A DNA stretch of 64,000 nucleotides from Thermoplasmata archaeon (GCA_021792255.1 JAJYUZ010000003.1:128001-192000), one strand, 5' to 3'. Positions 1 to 9,916 are shown, numbered from the stretch's first letter. Notes: a model not told the origin generated them from the sequence alone. Numbers and translations are program-made.

Positions 1-212
1 AAACCTATGACTGCGCCTATCAGAATTGCTGTAAATATCAGGACGAGGTTTGAGAGACCCGGGACAAAGAGCGTGGCACCGATTGAAAATGCCATCGCTA
101 TTCCTGCCCACAGTATTCCACTTCTCGCCGTTGCAGGGTTGCCCATCCTTATCAGACCTATTACAAATGCAGCAATCGTAAGAACGTAGATTGGCTGGGT
201 TATGTCGATCAT
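1..212 (-). CDS. pntB: NAD(P) transhydrogenase subunit beta, N-terminal part (runs off the window start)
   Basis: Not in the ORF track. Manual translation from ATG 212 gives MIDITQPIYVLTIAAFVIGLIRMGNPATARSGILWAGIAMAFSIGATL..., which has the PntB N-terminal P.TAR.G motif. ATGA overlap with the upstream pntA2 stop. Confidence 0.88.
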   Translation of the reverse strand, partial: MIDITQPIYVLTIAAFVIGLIRMGNPATARSGILWAGIAMAFSIGATLFVPGLSNLVLIFTAILIGAVIG

Positions 213-502
213 TTCCCCCCTCCCTTCTTCCTGAACATAGAGAGCATCCTTTCAGTCACCACATAACCCCCTACGACGTTCAGCGTGGCCATCACAACTC
301 CTGTGAATCCTATGACTCGTTCTACATCGTTTGTCGCATATCCGAGAGCAAGAATCGCTCCCACCAAGACGATTCCGTGAATGAAATTTGAACCCGACAT
401 CAGGGGGGTGTGAAGTATCACGGGAACGTGGCTTATGACCTCATATCCGACAAATATTGCAAGTATGACTATGTAAAGCCATGCCCAGTCTGTAATGATC
501 AG
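209..502 (-). CDS. pntAB: NAD(P) transhydrogenase subunit alpha part 2 (membrane domain)
   Basis: Motifs LHTPLMSGSNFIHG and NVVGGYVVTERMLSMF. The likely start is CTG at 502, overlapping the pntA1 TGA; the ORF-track start at 565 lies inside pntA1. Confidence 0.9.
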   Translation of the reverse strand: MIITDWAWLYIVILAIFVGYEVISHVPVILHTPLMSGSNFIHGIVLVGAILALGYATNDVERVIGFTGVVMATLNVVGGYVVTERMLSMFRKKGGGK

Positions 503-1641
503 TTCCCGCCACCTTCTTTTGACATAGGTGGAAAAGTCAATTTTCCATCGGTGCATATCATGCAAGCCGCTAGGAGTTCGTCCTTCTCTGGGCCGACGAA
601 ATTTCCATCCTGTCCGATAAGTATCGATAAAAAGGACAGGACGTTCCTCGAATACATCTGGCTTGAGTTGGTCGGCACGTCCGATTGAGGATTTACTGAC
701 CCTACAATCTTCACTCCATTGTGTACTATAATTTTCCCCTGCTGAGTCAATTCACAATTTCCCCCGGACTCTGCCATTACGTCAACAATCACACTGCCAG
801 ATTTCATTTTGGAGACGACTTCAGAACTGACTATCTTGGGAGCCTTTTTGCCCGGAACCCCTGCCGTCGTAATAATGACATCAGATGAGACTATGGCAGC
901 TTCTAGAATTTCTTTTTCCTTATTCTTTTCTTCAGCTGTCAGTTCTCTCGCATAACCTCCCCCTCCTACTGCATCTAGGCCAACTTCGAGAAACTTGGCC
1001 CCTAGACTCCTGACGTCCTCACCTGCGGCTCTCCTGACGTCATATGCCGTGACAGATGCGCCTAGCCGTCTTGATGTTGCAATTGCCATTAGTCCAGCGA
1101 CCCCTGCACCTATGACGAGAACGTTGGCTGGTTTTACCGTTCCAGCTGCCGTCGTGAGCATCGGCATTAGTCTTGGCGAGTGGTAAGCTCCGATTATCGT
1201 GGCTCGATATCCTGCGACCGCAGATTGCGACGACAGGACGTCCATCGACTGTGCGCGGCTCGTTCTAGGAAGAAGTTCCAGAGAATAGACTCTCAATCCG
1301 CTTTTGGCCAATTCCTGAGCAAGTGACTGGAATCTTAGAGGATATATCTGACCAACCACTGTAGATTTTTCCTTAAAGTTCAATAGATCTTTGATTTCAG
1401 GTCTTCCTAACATTATTGTTAGGTCTGCCCTTGAGAGGATTTCGCTTCGACCATCGAGTACTATGCATCCCGCTGCGCCGTATTCTGAATCTTGGAAACC
1501 TGCTCTGATCCCCCCGCCTGACTGCACGAGCACTTCCAAGTTCTTTGAAACCAGCTTCTTTGTATCTTCTGGTACCAAAGCCACCCTGTTCTCATTCTCA
1601 GAAGTCTCGTTTAGGACTCCGATACTTATGGTCAATTTCAC
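499..1641 (-). CDS. pntAA: NAD(P) transhydrogenase subunit alpha part 1 (dI, NAD-binding)
   Basis: Motifs ENRVALVPE, RAQSMDVLSSQ, GAGVAGL, GGYARE and GGNCELT. Start is GTG 1641 or TTG 1635. Confidence 0.93.
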   Translation of the reverse strand: MKLTISIGVLNETSENENRVALVPEDTKKLVSKNLEVLVQSGGGIRAGFQDSEYGAAGCIVLDGRSEILSRADLTIMLGRPEIKDLLNFKEKSTVVGQIYPLRFQSLAQELAKSGLRVYSLELLPRTSRAQSMDVLSSQSAVAGYRATIIGAYHSPRLMPMLTTAAGTVKPANVLVIGAGVAGLMAIATSRRLGASVTAYDVRRAAGEDVRSLGAKFLEVGLDAVGGGGYARELTAEEKNKEKEILEAAIVSSDVIITTAGVPGKKAPKIVSSEVVSKMKSGSVIVDVMAESGGNCELTQQGKIIVHNGVKIVGSVNPQSDVPTNSSQMYSRNVLSFLSILIGQDGNFVGPEKDELLAACMICTDGKLTFPPMSKEGGGN

Positions 1642-1763
1642 CAACCTCTGCGCAGATAATAGATTTTCATAAGTATGTATCGTTTCACCTTGAGAGACCT
1701 GGAAATAAACAGTCATGTCATTCGACTTCGAAAGAGTTTAATCTGTTGGTGAGGTTGGCGCTT

Positions 1764-2372
1764 GTGAAATTCACTGACAGTATAGAGCTGATTGATGGAA
1801 CCATGGCAAACTGCTACGTCGTGAAAATTCAAGACAAGATAATACTGATTGATGCTGGAATGAAGAGCTCTGCGAAGAAGATAATTGATCACTTTGAAAG
1901 AACCAATACTCCCCCTGACTTGGTGCTGATTACCCATTGTCATCTTGATCACATAGGTGGATTGTCTGATCTTGACTCGAAATTCCATCCTCAAATATTT
2001 GTTCCGGACAAAGAGCTTGAGATTGCGAGAGGTAATGAGAAAATGCCATCGACGGGTGGGTTTATGTCAGCAATGGTGGGCCTCACAAGGGCAAAACCGG
2101 TCAATGGTGCAAGACCGATGAGTGAGCTGAATCAGGAAGGCTTGAGGATTGTAGACACCAACGGGCATACTCCTGGAAGCACCTCTTTCCTTTTTGAAGA
2201 ATATAAGGCCATTTTCGTTGGCGATTCGGTATCGGAGAACAAGGGAAGATATGAATTCAGCAAGTCTTTCACTCTGGATCCAAGAAACGCAGAAGTATCT
2301 CTCAGAAAAATATTGGATATGCACGGAATGACCGCATATCCAGGGCATGGCCCGGTATTCGTCGTACCGTAG
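1764..2372 (+). CDS. MBL-fold metallo-hydrolase
   Basis: Motifs THCHLDHIGG, GHTPGS, GD and PGHG. GTG start at 1764. Confidence 0.88.
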   Translation: MKFTDSIELIDGTMANCYVVKIQDKIILIDAGMKSSAKKIIDHFERTNTPPDLVLITHCHLDHIGGLSDLDSKFHPQIFVPDKELEIARGNEKMPSTGGFMSAMVGLTRAKPVNGARPMSELNQEGLRIVDTNGHTPGSTSFLFEEYKAIFVGDSVSENKGRYEFSKSFTLDPRNAEVSLRKILDMHGMTAYPGHGPVFVVP

Positions 2373-2403
2373 TTGGGTGGTGCTGTTGATCCGTCAATGG
2401 ACT

Positions 2404-3309
2404 CTAATTTGTTTCTGTCATTAGATCATTCAGTGCTTCCTCAATGTTCGGATATTTGAATTTGAAGCCCATCTCTAGCAGTCTCCTTGGCACAACTCTT
2501 TGACCGCTGAAGACAGAATATTCGCTCCCTTCTCCGAGCACCAGTTTGGCTAGAGAGGGACCCATTCTGATTCTAATCTTCTTTCCCATCTCTCCTGCTA
2601 TGAGATTCATTAGACCGTCCAATCTCAGTTGATTTGGAGAGACTGCGTTGTAAGCTCCTTCGAATCCCCCTTGCGTCATGAATATGATTGATGAAACGGC
2701 ATCGTCCACGTGAATCCAGGATTTCCACGATGCCTTTCCTTTTGTATTGAATGATATCCCTGATCTAGCTCCCCTCAGGAGCTGCGGAAAAGCTCCGCCA
2801 TCATTTCCAAGGATCACCCCAAACCTCGGGGTCAGGAGCTTGACGCTCTTGTCAACTTTCTTTGCTTCCTCCTCCCACCTTGTGCTGAGATTTGCAAGAA
2901 AATCGTCACCTGCTTTTGAATCTTCGTCCACGGTACCTTCTTCGACATTCCCGTAATATCCTATTGCAGACGCACTGACGAGGTATTTTGGCTTCGAATT
3001 TGCAGAATTTATTGCATTCACAAGAAGAGAGGTACTTCGTACCCTGGAATCCACAATTTCCTTTTTGTAAGTTTCAGTCCATTTCTTGTCTATTCCTGCA
3101 CCAGCCAGATTGATGACCACGTCGTAACCTTCGATGCTGTTTGCCTGGATTCTTTCGTCACCAGTGGGATTCCAGGTGATCTGCTTGTAAGATATGGACG
3201 GGTCAGCCTTCCGTGTCAAAATGGCCACTTCACCTCCACTTTCGATTATCTTTTTGGAAAGATGTTTTCCTATGAACCCGGAACCACCAGCTATTAAAGC
3301 TCTAACCAT
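2404..3309 (-). CDS. TIGR01777/YfcH-family NAD-dependent epimerase-like oxidoreductase
   Basis: Motifs GGSGFIG, VINLAG, SASAIGYYG, SWIHVDD and GQRVVPRRL..GFKFKYP. ATG start at 3309. Confidence 0.9.
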   Translation of the reverse strand: MVRALIAGGSGFIGKHLSKKIIESGGEVAILTRKADPSISYKQITWNPTGDERIQANSIEGYDVVINLAGAGIDKKWTETYKKEIVDSRVRSTSLLVNAINSANSKPKYLVSASAIGYYGNVEEGTVDEDSKAGDDFLANLSTRWEEEAKKVDKSVKLLTPRFGVILGNDGGAFPQLLRGARSGISFNTKGKASWKSWIHVDDAVSSIIFMTQGGFEGAYNAVSPNQLRLDGLMNLIAGEMGKKIRIRMGPSLAKLVLGEGSEYSVFSGQRVVPRRLLEMGFKFKYPNIEEALNDLMTETN

Positions 3310-3368
3310 CTGAACCTCACTCCTCGTTAAGGTACTATGCTTGACTACCCAGAATAGAGAATTAAACC

Positions 3369-3665
3369 TTACGCACTGGAAGTGACTGTGAATTTTGTCG
3401 GTGAGGTGCCTGGAGGAAGAGGTGGATCGACGATAATCCTGAAAGGAATACCGTTCTTTTGACAAAACGCATCTATCTCAAAAACTTGAACATCAACAAT
3501 CTTGTCGGCATTCTTTTTTGTTGTCGCGAAGGTATTGTAATATATGGACGATGTATCCGCAGGGGAACTCTTGCTCTCCGTATACTCCACCTTGACCTTG
3601 TAATTGTGATTCAGATCGCATATGGGGCACTTTAGCATAGATACGTTGAACTCTAATTCGGTCAT
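3369..3665 (-). CDS. small hypothetical protein, possible Zn-binding (CPIC...H...C)
   Basis: 98-aa ORF from ATG 3665 filling the gap between genes; contains CPICDLNH and a later FC. Confidence 0.6.
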   Translation of the reverse strand: MTELEFNVSMLKCPICDLNHNYKVKVEYTESKSSPADTSSIYYNTFATTKKNADKIVDVQVFEIDAFCQKNGIPFRIIVDPPLPPGTSPTKFTVTSSA

Positions 3666-3807
3666 GATTCGTGATTTGGTCGTGATATATACGAATTTGT
3701 TTGCATCCGAACCCAAATCTGTGACCAAACTATCCAGATTGCATGCGTGCCAGTGTTTTCAGACTTAATAATTACCTCGGCATAGGGATCCAATAAAGGG
3801 TACGCAA

Positions 3808-4698
3808 ATGTTTGAGCAAATAAAGAAATTGGCTGATGTATCCTCACGAGGGGGAAGAGTTCCTCCAATCTACCTTTACCTTGTTTTCATCATCCCGGGA
3901 TTTGCTTATTCTGTTACCAAAACAGGTCAGTTGAATTTCATCCCTTTCATCCTCGTCTCAACGGCCATAATGCCACTGATCGCTGCAACGAACTTGTTTG
4001 ACGATTATTTTGATTACGATTTGGGTTTTGACAAGAAAGACTCGCCCAACACGATTTATAGGCGACACCCTATCTTTCATTACAAAGTGACTCCCACCTA
4101 TCTGATTAGATGGGCAGTCGTGTTTTCAATCATCTACCTGATCTTTAGCTTCCTCATTTCTCTGAAATATGGATTGGTACTGAACCTGATAGCCATCATT
4201 GGACTCGCTCTTGGATACGGATACACCGGTCCCCCGTTTGGATACAAGTACCTTGGTTTAGGTGAAATAGGAGTGCTGCTTTCAGCGATAGCCGCAAGCG
4301 AGTTCATCTCTGTTGCTGCAATTGGACGTTTTTACCCGACTTCGGTTCTATTCTTTTTGCCATTTTCCCTTTTGATCGCCCTCGTTCTTTTTTTGGGAAA
4401 TTATCGAGATTTGGAATTTGATCAGAAATCTGGATTTAAGACCCTTGCGACAGTTCTGGGAAGAAGAAAGTCGGGACTTTTCTCGGCATTAGTATTCACC
4501 ATCTTCTATGGTACTATAGCAATCTTATACTTCATGAGAATTTATGGAGAATTTTCTTTGATAGATTTCATTACAGCTCCCTTCGCTTACTATCTTACCG
4601 TTGAGTGGTCAAAGAGGGACAGCTCGAAATTTGAAAGGTTTGCGGGACCATACCTTTTCGCTATTCTTATGCTCCTCATTTTGTTGCTGGTTCTGTAG
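3808..4698 (+). CDS. menA: UbiA/MenA-family prenyltransferase (DHNA polyprenyltransferase-like)
   Basis: Motifs NLFDDYFDYDLGFD, YTGPPFGYKYLGLGE and NYRDLEFD..SGFKTLA; multiple TM helices. Confidence 0.8.
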   Translation: MFEQIKKLADVSSRGGRVPPIYLYLVFIIPGFAYSVTKTGQLNFIPFILVSTAIMPLIAATNLFDDYFDYDLGFDKKDSPNTIYRRHPIFHYKVTPTYLIRWAVVFSIIYLIFSFLISLKYGLVLNLIAIIGLALGYGYTGPPFGYKYLGLGEIGVLLSAIAASEFISVAAIGRFYPTSVLFFLPFSLLIALVLFLGNYRDLEFDQKSGFKTLATVLGRRKSGLFSALVFTIFYGTIAILYFMRIYGEFSLIDFITAPFAYYLTVEWSKRDSSKFERFAGPYLFAILMLLILLLVL

Positions 4699-4763
4699 AG
4701 CCTTAACCGCGCATGAAAGGAAGAAACTGTTAAATCTAGAATGCGTTCTCTTTCCTGATACCC

Positions 4764-5219
4764 ATGGATGAGTTCGACAAACGCATTTTGAAAATACTAC
4801 GAGAGGATGCAACTCTGTCATTGAAGGAGATTGGAAAGAGAGTCGGACTTTACTCTCCATCTGCTATAAGCAAGAGAATCGAAGTACTCCGGATGAAGGG
4901 TTACATCAAGAAGATAACCGCAACCCTCGATTATTCAAAGATGGGTTTCTCATTTTCCACCATCACGCTGATAAGGGGCAAGTACGGCGGAAACTACAAA
5001 GAATTAATTGCTGAAAAATTGAAGAAGATACCGGGGATAGTTTCTGTTCACTTCCTGCTTGGAGACATAGACTTCATGATTCAGACTATTTCTAGAAGTA
5101 AAGACGAATATTCGAAAATTCTGGACAGGATATCATCCATAGCAGAGATAGAAAGATCCGATACTAGAACGATTTTGCAGACCTACAAGGAGATGGATTT
5201 TGGATCAGTCGAAATCTAA
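4764..5219 (+). CDS. Lrp/AsnC family regulator (BarR/Grp-like)
   Basis: N-terminal DEFDKRIL HTH; RAM domain with RGKYG...IPGIVSVHFLLGDIDF. Confidence 0.9.
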   Translation: MDEFDKRILKILREDATLSLKEIGKRVGLYSPSAISKRIEVLRMKGYIKKITATLDYSKMGFSFSTITLIRGKYGGNYKELIAEKLKKIPGIVSVHFLLGDIDFMIQTISRSKDEYSKILDRISSIAEIERSDTRTILQTYKEMDFGSVEI

Positions 5220-5255
5220 GCGGCTATCAAATTTTCTATTCCTCGCAAATTTAGT

Positions 5256-6230
5256 TTAACTTTTCTTTTCCTCGTCTTTGTACAACCAACACTTCACTGA
5301 ATCGCCCGCACGCCCGAAAGTTGGGGGAGCATTCTCGCACTCGTCGTATCGCTTGACGCAGGAATTCTTGTATATGCAACCTTCCCTGCTTGGCTCTCCA
5401 GACTCGTGAATATTAGATGAAAGGTTTGAAGAAGTGAAGGAGAAGTTCGCCTTGACGAGGTCATCGGTATAAGGGTGCTTAGGTCGCTCAAATATCCCAG
5501 ATGTACTGCCTTCTTCCAGTACTTGACCGTAATAGAGTACCGAGACCCTATCACACATGTATTTGACAACGTTGAGGTCGTGGGTTATGAAGATGTAACT
5601 TATTGAGAGTTCTTTCTTCAGGTCTCTCAGCAAGTTTAGAATTTGTGCCTGAATAGATACGTCCAAAGAACTCGTGGGTTCATCGAGGACCAATATTTTC
5701 TTTCCACCTGCGAGAGTTCTGGCAAGACTTACCCTCTGTTTTTCTCCTCCGCTCAGTTCAGGGGGATAGGACTCGAGTTTACTCTCTGGAAGCTCTACCA
5801 ACTTTGAGGCACTCTTGATCTTCTTTTGACGTTCCTCTCTTGTTAATTTTCCTTGATCTGGTAGCCCCTCTGCAATAATGTCTGAAACGGTGAGTCTCGG
5901 ATTGAGACTCCCAACGGGGTCTTGGAAAACGATACCTATGTTCCTTCTCAAGAACAGCACGTCCTCCTTTCTCCTAAAATCTATCTGTTTACCATTTATT
6001 TTGATTTTGCAATTTTTCGGCTTGTATATCCCGACGAGGGTCTTTGCCAGGGTTGTCTTTCCTGATCCTGTTTCACCGACGATTCCAAAAGTCTCTCCTT
6101 GATTAATACTGAAAGAAATCTTGTCCAGCACCCTCTTCCACTTCTCCAACTCTCTAGCCGGTTGGAACATCTTTGTCTTGGTCCTGAACTGGACCGTCAA
6201 ATTCTCCACTTCAAGTATTGGTTCATTCAT
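5256..6230 (-). CDS. peptide/nickel-type ABC transporter ATP-binding protein (OppF/DppF-like)
   Basis: Walker A GETGSGKT, signature LSGGEKQR, LDEPT, and a C-terminal Cys cluster. Confidence 0.93.
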   Translation of the reverse strand: MNEPILEVENLTVQFRTKTKMFQPARELEKWKRVLDKISFSINQGETFGIVGETGSGKTTLAKTLVGIYKPKNCKIKINGKQIDFRRKEDVLFLRRNIGIVFQDPVGSLNPRLTVSDIIAEGLPDQGKLTREERQKKIKSASKLVELPESKLESYPPELSGGEKQRVSLARTLAGGKKILVLDEPTSSLDVSIQAQILNLLRDLKKELSISYIFITHDLNVVKYMCDRVSVLYYGQVLEEGSTSGIFERPKHPYTDDLVKANFSFTSSNLSSNIHESGEPSREGCIYKNSCVKRYDECENAPPTFGRAGDSVKCWLYKDEEKKS

Positions 6231-7218
6231 AGAGCCAGCACGCGACCTCGCTTCTTCCCGTCTGTCTCTTCAGCTCGGGTACTTCTGTGAGACACTTTTC
6301 CTTGACAAACGGACACCTGGGATTAAATGCACATCCACTTGGGAGTTCTCTTAGATCCGGAGGGGTTCCTGATGATACCTTCAGTGGTCCTTCGCTTGAG
6401 TACCCTTCTGGTACGGAATTTTTTAACATCTTAGTGTAGGGGTGCAGGGGATTTCGAAGCACGTCTTTCATATTTCCGCTTTCCACTACCCTTCCTGCAT
6501 ACATCACGTATACCCTATCACACATGTTCGCAGCTACTGCCAGATCGTGCGTAATCAGAAGTATGCTGCTCGATATTTCCTCTTTCAGGCTAAGAATTAG
6601 GCCAATAATCTTCCTTTGAACTATTAAATCAAGTCCCGTTGTGGGTTCATCCAAGATCAACAGGTTTGGTCTTTGAACAAGAACCATTGCGATCGAGACC
6701 CTTTGTCTCATTCCTCCAGAAAGCTGGTGTGGGTAAACGTTCAGGACCCCCTCTACGTCCCTTATCATTACTTCTTTGAGTGTTTGCTTTATGAACTCCT
6801 CTTTCTCTTTTTTTCCCATCTTTGGTTCCCCGATATTCACAGCTTCTTCCATCTGGTCGTGTACCGAATAAACCGGGTTCAAGGAGGTCAAGGGTTCCTG
6901 AAAAATCATGTTTATTCCCTTCCCCCTGAAGTTGTTCTTCTCATCAAAGCTTGGAAAAATCTCTTTTCCGTCAAAATATATTGTACCTTTTGTTATGCGT
7001 GCCGGGGGAACGTCAAGAACTCCGATTATTGAAAGGGCCAGAGTTGATTTCCCCGACCCACTCTCTCCTACGACTCCCACTACCTCTCCTTTTTCTATTA
7101 TCACTGAAACGTCTCTGAGAACATCCACCCTTTTGTCTATTGTTTCAAAGTTGACGGTCAAGTCCTTGACATCCAGAAGGTTAGGTCTCAATTCTTCTCG
7201 AAGGGCAATAGAGGCCAT
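6223..7218 (-). CDS. peptide/nickel-type ABC transporter ATP-binding protein (OppD/DppD-like)
   Basis: Motifs GESGSGKS, PHQLSGGMRQR, HPYT and GCAFNPRC. Confidence 0.93.
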   Translation of the reverse strand: MASIALREELRPNLLDVKDLTVNFETIDKRVDVLRDVSVIIEKGEVVGVVGESGSGKSTLALSIIGVLDVPPARITKGTIYFDGKEIFPSFDEKNNFRGKGINMIFQEPLTSLNPVYSVHDQMEEAVNIGEPKMGKKEKEEFIKQTLKEVMIRDVEGVLNVYPHQLSGGMRQRVSIAMVLVQRPNLLILDEPTTGLDLIVQRKIIGLILSLKEEISSSILLITHDLAVAANMCDRVYVMYAGRVVESGNMKDVLRNPLHPYTKMLKNSVPEGYSSEGPLKVSSGTPPDLRELPSGCAFNPRCPFVKEKCLTEVPELKRQTGRSEVACWLYE

Positions 7219-7231
7219 AATATAAAATATA

Positions 7232-8383
7232 TTAGTTCGAATCGAAACTTTCTTCGGTCGTTATCTTTATGCCTCTTTTCCCGAGTTCTGCAAAAAAAGG
7301 CTTAACAGGCACAATCTGCTCTGGTGGCTTCACTCCTTTTCCCTTTATCACTCCGCTCATTATCATCTGAGCAGCAATAGATCCTGGGACTCCCACCTCC
7401 TTCTGAGATGCTGAAACCTTCCACTTGTCGTCATATCTGAAGTACGCCCTTAGTTCCACCATCTTAGGTCTCCCTTCGTCTGTGCCTTTTGCCGTTACAA
7501 CTGTCATTTCAAAGTCCATGACTTGAATATTTTCTGGTGGAGAAAACATGTTTTGCGACTTCAGAAAATCAAACAGGAATTCCCTTGGAACAATCTCTGT
7601 CCCTCCAGCTTTGACCTTGTCCGTTCTACCAAACCCAATATCTGTGAGGAATTTGAGTTTCTCGATGTCCGCACTTCCCTCTTTCCACTCTACATACTTA
7701 ATCCCCTTTTCAGCAAAACTTGAGGGTAGTGTGGCTATCTCCGAATGAATGGATCTGAAAATCTTTGCCCTGCCTATTTCCCAGCCAAAATCGTATTCTT
7801 CACTGCTACTGAATGGATCTGACTCGACTACGCTTCCGTCAAAATGGACTGCCCTGAAGGTGAGCTCATCAAACAGAGTGCTTGGGGACCAGGTGAAAAA
7901 CAACTTTGGGTAGTTTGTCTTGTCAATCCAACCGTCGCGTATCACGATCTCGTCGACCTTGTCTAGCTTGCTGACGGCGAAACTTGCCATAATGTTTGAG
8001 ATTCCTGGCTGAGCCCCCATTCCGATAATTGCAAGCAAACCTGCATCCTTGAAATCCTGGTCCAGTGCTAGTTGCTCCAGGGTCACTCTAAAGAGCCCTC
8101 CGAAATCGATGTAGTTGGTTTTTGCTTCCAGCGCTGCCTTCATGATCTTGACGTTGTGATAATATTGAACCGCGTTTATGACCACATCAGCACCTCGAAT
8201 AGATCTTATCAGAGTATCCTTATCGTTGACGTCGAGTTTTACAAATTTGACCCTCGGATCTCCAAATTCCAGATTTTTCACACGATCGCCAATTATTATT
8301 TCATCAATTTTATTATTATCCATTAAATCTAATACCGCACACCTACCTGTCAGACCCATTCCACCTAGTACTACAGCCTTCAT
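7232..8383 (-). CDS. saccharopine dehydrogenase-family oxidoreductase (LysDH / carboxynorspermidine dehydrogenase-like)
   Basis: Rossmann GGMGLTG, NYIDFGG, GMGAQPGISN, WSP.T..DE, HSEIATLP and GVKPPE. Confidence 0.85.
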   Translation of the reverse strand: MKAVVLGGMGLTGRCAVLDLMDNNKIDEIIIGDRVKNLEFGDPRVKFVKLDVNDKDTLIRSIRGADVVINAVQYYHNVKIMKAALEAKTNYIDFGGLFRVTLEQLALDQDFKDAGLLAIIGMGAQPGISNIMASFAVSKLDKVDEIVIRDGWIDKTNYPKLFFTWSPSTLFDELTFRAVHFDGSVVESDPFSSSEEYDFGWEIGRAKIFRSIHSEIATLPSSFAEKGIKYVEWKEGSADIEKLKFLTDIGFGRTDKVKAGGTEIVPREFLFDFLKSQNMFSPPENIQVMDFEMTVVTAKGTDEGRPKMVELRAYFRYDDKWKVSASQKEVGVPGSIAAQMIMSGVIKGKGVKPPEQIVPVKPFFAELGKRGIKITTEESFDSN

Positions 8384-8539
8384 ATGGCTATATTGAAATA
8401 GATAAATATAAACATTGTCCTCATTTGTAAAAAAATTGTAAAAAATCGAATTATATTTAAACGATTTTTAGCAAAATATGCCTCTGAGAAAAAATAATAT
8501 ACCCTAGAAGAATATCAATCCATATATGGTTGTGAAATT

Positions 8540-9916
8540 ATGGAATCTGAGGAAGAAACTCATGAAGATATTTTAAGAGTTCCTGAGAGAGTAAAAAATT
8601 ATGAGACAAAGAGATCACTTAATCTCTTTAAAAAGACAAAAAAGTTGATTCCTACCGGGGCGAGCTCTCTTATGAGAACTAGCTCGTGGGACGATTATCC
8701 GATTTTCATGAACAAGGCGAAAGGGACAAGAATGTGGGACGTAGACGGCAACGAATACATCGATTTCTTAATGGCATTCGGTCCTTTGATTAATGGACAC
8801 TCAAACGAGAAGATCACCGCTGCTGTTAGGAAGTACATTAAGAATGGCGATTTGTACGGAACGCCAAACGAGCTGGAGTACAAATTAGCCAGAGAATTTA
8901 AGAAATTTGTCAAGACACAAGAAATGGTGACTTTTGCGCTGAGCGGATCTGATGCGACTTTTAATGCTCTCAGAATCGCCAGAGCTGCAACTGGAAAAGA
9001 CATGATACTAAAGTTTGAAGGACACTATCACGGGCTGCACGACTACGGAGCAGTCTCAGTGGAAGCACCACCCCCGGTCGCAGGACTGAAATGGTTTCCC
9101 AAGTCTTTGCCTTATTCGGCGGGCATTCCGCAAGGCGTCATGGACACAGTGGTAGTCTCATCTTGGAATGATCTTGAGAGCCTCTCTAAGATTTTAAGAA
9201 TAAGAGGAAATGAGATTGCCGCAATAATCATGGAGCCAATAATGGCTAACTCTACTCTGGTTTCCCCGGAACCGGGTTACCTGAAGGGGGTGAGGGAGCT
9301 AGCCGATGAGTACAACATTCTACTGATCTTCGATGAGGTGATAACTGGATTCAGAGTCAGTGAAGGGGGAGCGCAGAAACTCTATGGCGTGACTCCAGAT
9401 CTCTCATCCTGGGCTAAGGCTATCAGCAACGGATACCCTATTTCGGCCATCTCGGGAAAGAAGGAGTACATGGAGCTTATTGGAAACGGAGTGGGGTACG
9501 GGGGAACTTATTTCGGCACTCCAATATCACTTGCGGCAAGCATTGCAAATCTAAAAATCCTGGAAACTAACGAGTTTGAAGGGTACAGTCACCTGGGTAG
9601 ACTTACTAGGAAAATGGCAAGAGGAATTGAAGAAACTGCTGATGACCTTGACGAACCAGTCTTCGTTAATTACGAGACAGGATTATTGACCTTCGTGTTT
9701 ACGGAGCAAAAACGGATAACCAATTACAGGGAAAGCATCATCATGGACTGGAACAAATACAAGGGAGTTCAGAAGAAAATGCTCCAGAAGGGAATCTATT
9801 ACCATCCGGATGGAGCTGAAAGAATGCCTCTCTCTATGGTCCATACGGAAGCCGATGTGGACGCATTCCTGAGTGCTCTGAGAGACTCAATTAAGGAATA
9901 TAATCGCGAGAACTGA
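8540..9916 (+). CDS. class-III PLP aminotransferase, glutamate-1-semialdehyde aminomutase-like family
   Basis: Motifs DVDGNEYID, KFEGHYHG, FDEVITGFR and the PLP lysine in WAKAISNG. Context suggests a catabolic paralog rather than hemL. Confidence 0.85.
   Translation: MESEEETHEDILRVPERVKNYETKRSLNLFKKTKKLIPTGASSLMRTSSWDDYPIFMNKAKGTRMWDVDGNEYIDFLMAFGPLINGHSNEKITAAVRKYIKNGDLYGTPNELEYKLAREFKKFVKTQEMVTFALSGSDATFNALRIARAATGKDMILKFEGHYHGLHDYGAVSVEAPPPVAGLKWFPKSLPYSAGIPQGVMDTVVVSSWNDLESLSKILRIRGNEIAAIIMEPIMANSTLVSPEPGYLKGVRELADEYNILLIFDEVITGFRVSEGGAQKLYGVTPDLSSWAKAISNGYPISAISGKKEYMELIGNGVGYGGTYFGTPISLAASIANLKILETNEFEGYSHLGRLTRKMARGIEETADDLDEPVFVNYETGLLTFVFTEQKRITNYRESIIMDWNKYKGVQKKMLQKGIYYHPDGAERMPLSMVHTEADVDAFLSALRDSIKEYNREN

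Noticed and set aside
1545-1763. N-terminal extensions in the ORF track (also 3310-3465, 24904-24954, 37515-37574 and 59721-59766)
   Set aside because: They overlap neighbouring genes or promoters; downstream starts match the family N-termini better.
8540-9916. Calling this gene hemL
   Set aside because: The family matches, but there are no tetrapyrrole genes nearby and the context is catabolic, so the symbol is withheld.
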